Of a stretch of 64,000 nucleotides of DNA, positions 58,535 through 64,000 are shown in pieces. Position 1 is the stretch's first letter; every line of letters begins with the position of its first letter. The notes under the pieces are model-generated. The model did not search any database and was not told the DNA's origin. It worked only from the letters and a program-made list of their open reading frames with translations. The stretch is from positions 783-64,782 of the forward strand of contig JAIOQB010000278.1 of the NCBI GenBank assembly GCA_021413585.1, in the 5' to 3' direction. The translations under genes and the position numbers were made by a program. The stretch is from Planctomycetia bacterium. GTDB taxonomy: Bacteria; Planctomycetota; Planctomycetia; Pirellulales; UBA7805.

Positions 58535-60427
58535 TCATGCCTTGTTGTCGGGAGACATTCCCGCCGGCGCGGCCCAGTTCGAGATCATGTACTCGGGGTA
58601 AGCCGAAATACCGTGCTCGTGCAGGTCCAAGCCGTAACGCTCACCTTCTTCAGAGACACGCAGGGTACCCGTGGCTTTGACGGCGTACATGACGATCAAC
58701 CCGACGACCAGGGTCGCCCCCGTAATGATCCCGCTGCCGACAGCTTGTGCTTTGAGCACCTGCATTCCGCCGCCGTAGAACAGTCCGGTCAGCTTGTCGT
58801 TGCTCAACAGCGATACCACGGGATGACTGCCGTCGGCCGAGTACTCTCCGCTGGCAAACAGACCTAGCGACAAGGTTCCCCAAATGCCGCAGATGCCGTG
58901 AACGGGCACGGCACCGATCGGATCGTCGATTCGCAGGAACTCCAGCAACTCGACCCCGGCCCACACGACGACGCCAGCGATGGCACCCAGTGCGACCGAT
59001 CCGGTTGGACTGACCCAATAGCAGGGACAGGTGATGGCTACCAACCCAGCCAGGAATCCGTTGACCGTGAAGCTCACGTCCCACTTCTTGCTGGGAATGT
59101 AAGCCGCGATCATCGCGGTCAGCCCGCCGGCACAAGCGGCCAGCGTGGTGTTGGCCGCGACGCGGCCGATCCCTTCAAAGTCCATGGCCGACAATGTGCT
59201 GCCAGGATTGAAGCCGTACCAGCCGAACCACAAGATCAAACCGCCGCTGGCCGCGATGACCAAGTCGTGGGGCATCATTGGGCCGCCGCCGTCTCGTTTG
59301 AACTTTCGACCCAAGCGAGGGCCTAGTGCGATCGATCCAGCCAGGGCCACAAAGCCGCCGATGGTATGCACCACCGTTGAACCGGCAAAGTCGTGGAAGT
59401 TCATTCCCAGGCTTTCCAGGAACATTCCCTTGCCACCCATCGTGGCCAAGAAGCCGTCCGGTCCCCAGCACCAGTGTCCGAGAATCGGATAAATAAAGCC
59501 CGACACGCAGAAGCTGTAGAGCAAGTCGCCGACAAACCCGGTTCGCCCGATCATGGCGCCCGAGGTAATCGTCGAGCAGGTGTCAGCGAACGCAAACTGG
59601 AACAAGAAATGCGCCAAAAACGCCACGCCGGTCGCTTCGTAGGTGTGGGGCGCATTCTGCAAGAACCACCACGCCTTACCGGGCAAGAATGTTCCCCCTG
59701 CATCGTTACCCCATCCGATCCAGCCATTGCCGTGACCGAACATAAAGGCATAACCGAACGCATAGAACAGCAAGCCGCAAAGGCAGGTGTCGACGATGCA
59801 TTCCATCAGCACGTTGACCGTCTCGCGCGACCGGCAAAAACCAGCTTCGAGCATGGTGAAGCCAACCTGCATGCCGAACACGAGAAACGCCGCGACCAGC
59901 ACCCACACGGTGTTCAATGGATTGACGACGTCCCCCCCCTTCGTTGCAGTGTAAGCCGCCGCAATCGCAACGGCAGGGTCTGGTGCCGGCGCGTCGGCAG
60001 GTTTCGCCTCGGTGGCCGTCTTCGCATCCGCCGGTTTGGCGTCTTCCTTCTTGGCGTCGTCAGGTTTCGCGTCGGTGGCCGTCTTGACTTCGGCCGGCTT
60101 GGCATCTGCTTTGGCATCCACCGGTTTGGCATCAGCCTTCGCGTCGGCTGGCTTGGCATCCTTGGCATCCGCCGGTTTCGCATCGACGGCCTTCACCTCG
60201 GGCTTGGCGTCTTCCGCAAACACCGTGGTGCTGGTCAGCTTCGGCACCAGCGAGATGATATGCGGGATGCCAATCGCCAACGCCAGCATCAAGCCAATGC
60301 CCAGCGCCTTGCCCGCCGCCAACAGGGCGCCGTAGCGGCGCCACTGTGGATCCTTTAGCCGCGTGGCCAGCCTCGCGCACTTTTGTCCCAGTGAGATTCG
60401 TTCTGTCGCCCGCCTGCTGTTGTTCAT
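58535..60427 (-). CDS. amtB: ammonium transporter AmtB with N-terminal signal-anchor and Asp/Ala/Lys/Pro repeat extension
   Basis: ORF 58535..60655 trimmed to ATG 60427 (MNNSRRATE..., AGGAG upstream). Amt core motifs AFLVFGMQVGFTMLEAG, DFAGSTVVH and VHGICGIWG. Residues ~75-150 read DAKPADAKDAKPADAKADAKPVDAKADAKP... Confidence 0.9.
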   Translation of the reverse strand: MNNSRRATERISLGQKCARLATRLKDPQWRRYGALLAAGKALGIGLMLALAIGIPHIISLVPKLTSTTVFAEDAKPEVKAVDAKPADAKDAKPADAKADAKPVDAKADAKPAEVKTATDAKPDDAKKEDAKPADAKTATEAKPADAPAPDPAVAIAAAYTATKGGDVVNPLNTVWVLVAAFLVFGMQVGFTMLEAGFCRSRETVNVLMECIVDTCLCGLLFYAFGYAFMFGHGNGWIGWGNDAGGTFLPGKAWWFLQNAPHTYEATGVAFLAHFLFQFAFADTCSTITSGAMIGRTGFVGDLLYSFCVSGFIYPILGHWCWGPDGFLATMGGKGMFLESLGMNFHDFAGSTVVHTIGGFVALAGSIALGPRLGRKFKRDGGGPMMPHDLVIAASGGLILWFGWYGFNPGSTLSAMDFEGIGRVAANTTLAACAGGLTAMIAAYIPSKKWDVSFTVNGFLAGLVAITCPCYWVSPTGSVALGAIAGVVVWAGVELLEFLRIDDPIGAVPVHGICGIWGTLSLGLFASGEYSADGSHPVVSLLSNDKLTGLFYGGGMQVLKAQAVGSGIITGATLVVGLIVMYAVKATGTLRVSEEGERYGLDLHEHGISAYPEYMISNWAAPAGMSPDNKA

Positions 60428-60745
60428 CACATGCTCCTGAGGATTGAGTCTGAAAGTCTCTGCGTGATTTCGCCCGTTCACAGTCAACGCGCCCGCGTCT
60501 CTCGTGTGTCGTCGCCCCGCCGATTTACAATCCGCTCCGTGTCCGCCACTGAAGCGGGCAGTGGGTGTTTGCAATTTGCATACCGAAGTTGCCGCGATGC
60601 GCGCAGAACATCGCGCGGAGTCACAACTACTGTGTGCGTGGCACGTTGAAGGCACAGAGAATGCGCCGTGCGCAGAAAATCTCAGAACCGCAACCGAAAA
60701 TTCTTGCTAGCTGACAATGCTCCGCCTGCCGGGCAAATGTGCAAA

Positions 60746-60793
60746 TTTATCGGATATTTATGATACTTATGGAATACTTATGAGTATTTACCG
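60746..60793 (+). promoter_or_regulatory. AT-rich island with five phased TTTAT/TTTAC direct repeats between kdpE and amtB
   Basis: TTTATC (60746), TTTATG (60757), CTTATG (60766), CTTATG (60777) and TTTACC (60787). The TTAT/TTAC core spacing is 11, 9, 11 and 10 bp. Confidence 0.5.
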
Positions 60794-60816
60794 TAAGTGA
60801 AGCTTTTGTGTGCGAA

Positions 60817-61521
60817 TTACTCGCTCACCAGCCGGTAGCCGACCCCTTGCTCGGTCAAAATCAGCCGCGGCTGCGCGGGGTCGACCTCGATCTTGCGGCG
60901 CAGGCCAGCCATGAAAACGCGCAGATGCTGTGTGCTCAGTGCCCGCTTCGGCCCCCACACTTCTTGCAGCAGAAAATGGTGCGTCACCACCTGGCCGCAG
61001 TGTTGCACCAGCGCCACCAGCAGTTTGTACTCGATCGGCGTGAGATGCACTTCCACCTGATTGGCAGACACCTTGCGGGCAGTCTGATCTACCTTGAGGC
61101 CCCCCGATTCAAACACCGGCGGGTCGCCCCCCGAGCCCCCTTTTGCCCGCCGCAGCGCCACGCGCACCCGGGCCAGCAACTCACCCGAGCTGAACGGTTT
61201 AGTCAAGTAATCGTCGGCCCCGGAGTCCAAAGCCGTGATTTTTTGCACGTCCTGGTCGCGAACCGACAGAATAATAATCGGCGCCTTCAGCCATTGCCGC
61301 AACCGCCGCAGTACTTCCTGTCCGTCCATGTCCGGCAAGCCCAGGTCCAGCAGCACGAGGTCCGGCGGAGCCTGCGCGGCTAAGGTCAGCGCCTGCTGCC
61401 CTGTCCCCGCCTCCTGAATGCGATAGCCGGAGCCGGACAGAAACGTGCGCAAGAACCGGCGCATCGGCACTTCGTCTTCGACTAAGAGCAGCAGCGGCAG
61501 GGGAGGGGGGGAGGCGGACAT
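60817..61521 (-). CDS. kdpE: OmpR-family response regulator, KdpE-like
   Basis: ORF trimmed to ATG 61521 (MSASPPPLPLLLLVEDE). Receiver motifs DLVLLDLGLPDMDG and LSVRD...DDYLTKPF. DNA-binding domain VHLTPIEYKLL...LRVFMAGLRRKIEVDPAQPRLILTEQGVGYRL closely matches the KdpE pattern. Confidence 0.85.
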   Translation of the reverse strand: MSASPPPLPLLLLVEDEVPMRRFLRTFLSGSGYRIQEAGTGQQALTLAAQAPPDLVLLDLGLPDMDGQEVLRRLRQWLKAPIIILSVRDQDVQKITALDSGADDYLTKPFSSGELLARVRVALRRAKGGSGGDPPVFESGGLKVDQTARKVSANQVEVHLTPIEYKLLVALVQHCGQVVTHHFLLQEVWGPKRALSTQHLRVFMAGLRRKIEVDPAQPRLILTEQGVGYRLVSE

Positions 61522-61632
61522 GTGTTGTATTCTCCCTCTCCCACCGGCAGAGGGCCGGAGTGAAGGCGTCACCGAGTGAGGGTGTATGGAATCCACCGTT
61601 TTTACTGCAAACGGCCACCATGGTACAAGCGA

Positions 61633-62132
61633 TCAATTCTCCGCCGGCACGTGCAGCTCGTCCCACTTGAGCGCCGGCCCAGCCTTCGCGCAGGGCAACG
61701 TCACCACAAATTCCGCGACCCCTTCGGGCCGATTCGCCGCGCTGATCGAGCCAAAGTGAGAAAGTATTGCGTTTCCGTCGACGTGAGCGTGAACGACGGA
61801 TGGACGAAGAAGAAGTCGAACACCAACACCGACAAGATCGCCATCGTGATCGCCGGCCCGCGGCCAAACAGCGCGGCCACCAGCACCACGCCCGCCAGAT
61901 AGATCATCACAATATTGGCGTCCGTCAGCCCCAGCGAGTGACTGACGGAGCCGAACAGGCAGCACACCGTCAATAAGGCGATCGTCGCCAGATAGCGCTG
62001 CCATGACTTCAGCGGACCGCGGCGGGCAGGCGTGGCATTCGCCGCGGGTGCGTTGGTGTTGCTCGCGGCGTCTGAGTTGAGATGCTGCGCGGCATCGCGT
62101 ATGGAAGATTGACTTGTCATGGGTGGCCGCAC
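61633..62132 (-). pseudogene. kdpD: kdpD remnant: DUF4118 membrane domain fused out of frame to the last ~35 codons of the HATPase domain
   Basis: Frame 1 (61701..62132) reads ...ANIVMIYLAGVVLVAALFGRGPAITMAILSVLVFDFFFVHPSFTLTSTETQYFLT, then junk and a stop. Frame 2 continues from the same point as HFGSISAANRPEGVAEFVVTLP...*, matching the KdpD C-terminal HGG.I.A.NRPEGGA.F.VTLP. No HisKA, GAF or N-terminal KdpD/Usp domains are present. Confidence 0.65.
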
Positions 62133-62250
62133 ACAAAGGGCTCGGCGTCAGGCAGCACGCCGGCAAGCACCTATTTTAGCACGTGAAGCTCGCGATAGCA
62201 TTCGCGTAGCGACCGTAGCACAGTCCAAACCGGATCGGTATCGTAAAGGG

Positions 62251-63048
62251 ATGGCCTCCATACCCCCCAATCCCAAACGCCGCTGGTTTCAATTCAGCCT
62301 GCGGACGTTGCTGATCCTGACGACGATCATCGCCATCTGGCTCGGCTGGTGGTCGTACAAGGCACGGCAGCAGCGGGCGGCGGTGGCGGCGCTGCAAGCT
62401 GCTAAGGGCTTTGTCGATTACGATTTCAGCCTGCCGTGGACAGGCGGAATGGATGACCCGCCGAAATGTCCGAAGTGGTTGCTGGTCCACCTTGGGGACG
62501 ATTATTTTGCCAGTGTCCGAGGTCTCAACATCCGCGACTCGATATTAACCGTCTCTGACCTGAAACATATCGAGAATCTTTCCGCTCTGCACAGCCTGAA
62601 ACTTGACAAAACAGGCGTCACCGACACGGACCTGAAACATTTTGAGAATCTGATCGCTCTGGAAGAACTCTCCATCACCACCACGCAAGTCACCGACGCT
62701 GGACTGAAGCACCTCAGAAACATGTCTTCGCTACAGCGGCTAAGCCTCAGTGACACGTACGTCACTGACGCCGGATTGGAACAGCTCGAAAATCTGACCG
62801 CTCTGCGCGAGCTGAACCTTGACCACACGCTAGTCACTGACAAAGGTCTGGAACACATTCAACCTTTGGCTGGACTAAAAGAACTCTCCCTTATTTGCAC
62901 GCAAGTTTCCGACGTTGGACTGGCACACCTAAAGCACCTGTCCGCTCTTCAAGAACTCAATCTTATCGGCACGAACGTCACCGATGCGGGTGTAGCACGG
63001 TTGCAGAAGTGGCGGCCGAAGTGCAAGATTAAACTCTGGCCGCGATGA
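62251..63048 (+). CDS. membrane-anchored leucine-rich-repeat protein
   Basis: ORF trimmed to ATG 62251 (MASIPPNPKRRWFQFSLRTLLILTTIIAIWLGWW). Seven ~24-aa LRRs of the type L..L..L..L.L..T.VTDAGL. Confidence 0.8.
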   Translation: MASIPPNPKRRWFQFSLRTLLILTTIIAIWLGWWSYKARQQRAAVAALQAAKGFVDYDFSLPWTGGMDDPPKCPKWLLVHLGDDYFASVRGLNIRDSILTVSDLKHIENLSALHSLKLDKTGVTDTDLKHFENLIALEELSITTTQVTDAGLKHLRNMSSLQRLSLSDTYVTDAGLEQLENLTALRELNLDHTLVTDKGLEHIQPLAGLKELSLICTQVSDVGLAHLKHLSALQELNLIGTNVTDAGVARLQKWRPKCKIKLWPR

Positions 63049-63629
63049 CCGACCCATCTCCCAAACCCAAACGCCGCTGGTTTCAATACCGGCTGCAGAC
63101 GCTGTTGATCCTTACGGCGATCATCGCCGTTGCCATGACTTGGTGGTCGCTGAGAGTTCGGCCGCAGCAGAATGCAGTGGCGGCATTAAGGCAAATCGGC
63201 TGTCAGTTCGAATATGACTCCAGGCTGCCTTTTACAGGCGGAATGAAAGACCCGCCGAAATGGCCGACGTGGTTGTTGGATGCGGTTGGCGTCGATTATT
63301 TCGGCACAGTGAAGTACGTTATATTTCTTGCCGGGGCAACAGATACCGACTTGAAACCGCTTCAAGCCTTGACCACCGTGCAAGGACTCTGCTTGATGAA
63401 CGGAAACATCAGCGACGCCGGATTGGAACAACTGAAAAACCTTACTGCCCTGAAAGGACTCAACCTCTATGACACGCAGGTCACCGATGCCGGCATCGAA
63501 CACCTCAAAGGCCTGACGGCACTGCGAGAGCTTGAACTCGAAGAAACGCAGGTCACCGACGCTGGGGTGGCTCGGCTGAAGAAATTACTGCCAAAGTGTG
63601 ATATCCACCACTACCACCCTCCGCACTAA
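63045..63629 (+). CDS. membrane-anchored leucine-rich-repeat protein (shorter tandem paralog)
   Basis: ATGA overlap with the upstream gene. MTDPSPKPKRRWFQYRLQTLLILTAIIAVAMTWW. Shares FTGGM.DPPK.P.WLL and the C-terminal VTDAGVARL.K..PKC with its neighbour. Confidence 0.8.
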   Translation: MTDPSPKPKRRWFQYRLQTLLILTAIIAVAMTWWSLRVRPQQNAVAALRQIGCQFEYDSRLPFTGGMKDPPKWPTWLLDAVGVDYFGTVKYVIFLAGATDTDLKPLQALTTVQGLCLMNGNISDAGLEQLKNLTALKGLNLYDTQVTDAGIEHLKGLTALRELELEETQVTDAGVARLKKLLPKCDIHHYHPPH

Positions 63630-63659
63630 CCGACGCTAGAACTTAAGGACTCCGTCTCC

Positions 63660-64000
63660 GTGAAAAAGCCATTGCTGTCGATGCTCATGCTGTTGCTATT
63701 GGCCCTCCCCACGGTCCACGCCGAGGAAAAGACGTACGTTCAAATGCCTTGACATCTGGTCGATTTCTGGTGGGACACCGGCCGGGAGATGCCCTTTGAA
63801 AGCTACAGCGTTGATGTCACGGTCAGCGAAGATGTTCCCGCTTCGACGAATCTTTACATCTCGCCGATCGGCAATGGACGACTGAGCGGAACGCAATTCT
63901 ATGGCGGCATTCAGACGCAGGCCGACGGCAACACCAGGAGCGATCCCCGGCTCCAGAGGATTGGCCCCGGCTTTCTGATGTCGATGTGGGGTGAGCGCAG
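63660..64000 (+). pseudogene. secreted protein gene (DUF3472-like start) interrupted by an in-frame TGA at 63750-63752; truncated by window end
   Basis: GTG 63660 gives VKKPLLSMLMLLLLALPTVHAEEKTYVQMP, then TGA. The same frame continues HLVDFWWDTGREMPFESYSVDVTVSEDVPASTNLYISPIGNGRLSGTQFYGGIQTQADG...GFLMSMWGE. Confidence 0.5.

Noticed and set aside
60639-60654. TGGCACGTTGAAGGCA has correct GG-N10-GC spacing and lies in the amtB upstream region.
   Set aside because: It lies on the plus strand, pointing away from amtB toward the 3' end of kdpE, with no plus-strand gene downstream. The -12 element is AGGCA rather than TTGCA.
60428-60655. An upstream extension of the amtB ORF begins MPSTCHAHSSCDSARCSARIAATSVCKLQ...
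   Set aside because: The composition is Cys/Arg/His-rich and non-protein-like. ATG 60427 has an AGGAG SD and starts a normal signal-anchor sequence.
63750-63752. Reading the in-frame TGA as selenocysteine.
   Set aside because: The position, just after a signal-peptide cleavage region (QMP-TGA-HLV), is not a redox-motif context. I could not see an obvious SECIS-like hairpin immediately downstream. A nonsense mutation or sequencing error is more parsimonious. The question is kept open in the findings.

Overview
High-GC bacterial chromosome segment. Gene content and the interspersed GC-rich palindromic repeats suggest Planctomycetota, possibly Pirellulales-like; this is inference, not a search result. 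Three blocks stand out. (1) 1987-7741 holds an ECF sigma factor, a membrane Ser/Thr kinase, a secreted paralog of the kinase's extracytoplasmic LTXXQ-like module, and a secreted Gly/Pro/His-rich protein. (2) 22676-55059 is a surface-appendage island. It contains a 4033-aa PEP-CTERM-anchored repeat protein and a complete Tad/Flp pilus locus: tadV, cpaB, tadZ, tadA, tadB, tadC, two tadE, a tadG-vWA gene, a divergent secretin operon and a TPR lipoprotein. It also carries four 57-codon flp pilin genes (three are below the 60-aa ORF track cutoff), an uncharacterised AAA+ ATPase at the end of the tad operon, and an NtrC-type regulator with a degenerate GAFTGA loop. Three AT-rich promoter islands in this block share tandem 9-bp TGGG-N5 units. 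(3) 57897-62132 holds amtB-glnK downstream of an intact kdpE-like response regulator whose partner kdpD is a deletion remnant. Phased TTTAT/TTTAC direct repeats sit upstream of amtB, and phased TTTACA repeats sit upstream of the giant adhesin gene. The remainder is carbohydrate and lipid enzymes (GH95, beta-propeller glycosidase, alpha/beta hydrolase, GT2, alkylsulfatase, acyl-AMP ligase, C45 Ntn-hydrolase), a HEAT-repeat protein, a rhodanese, an orphan antitoxin with a toxin stub, two tandem LRR paralogs, and several REP-like palindromes. No rRNA, tRNA, CRISPR array, transposase or integrase was recognised. All calls come from reading the translations and sequence by eye; no database search was run.
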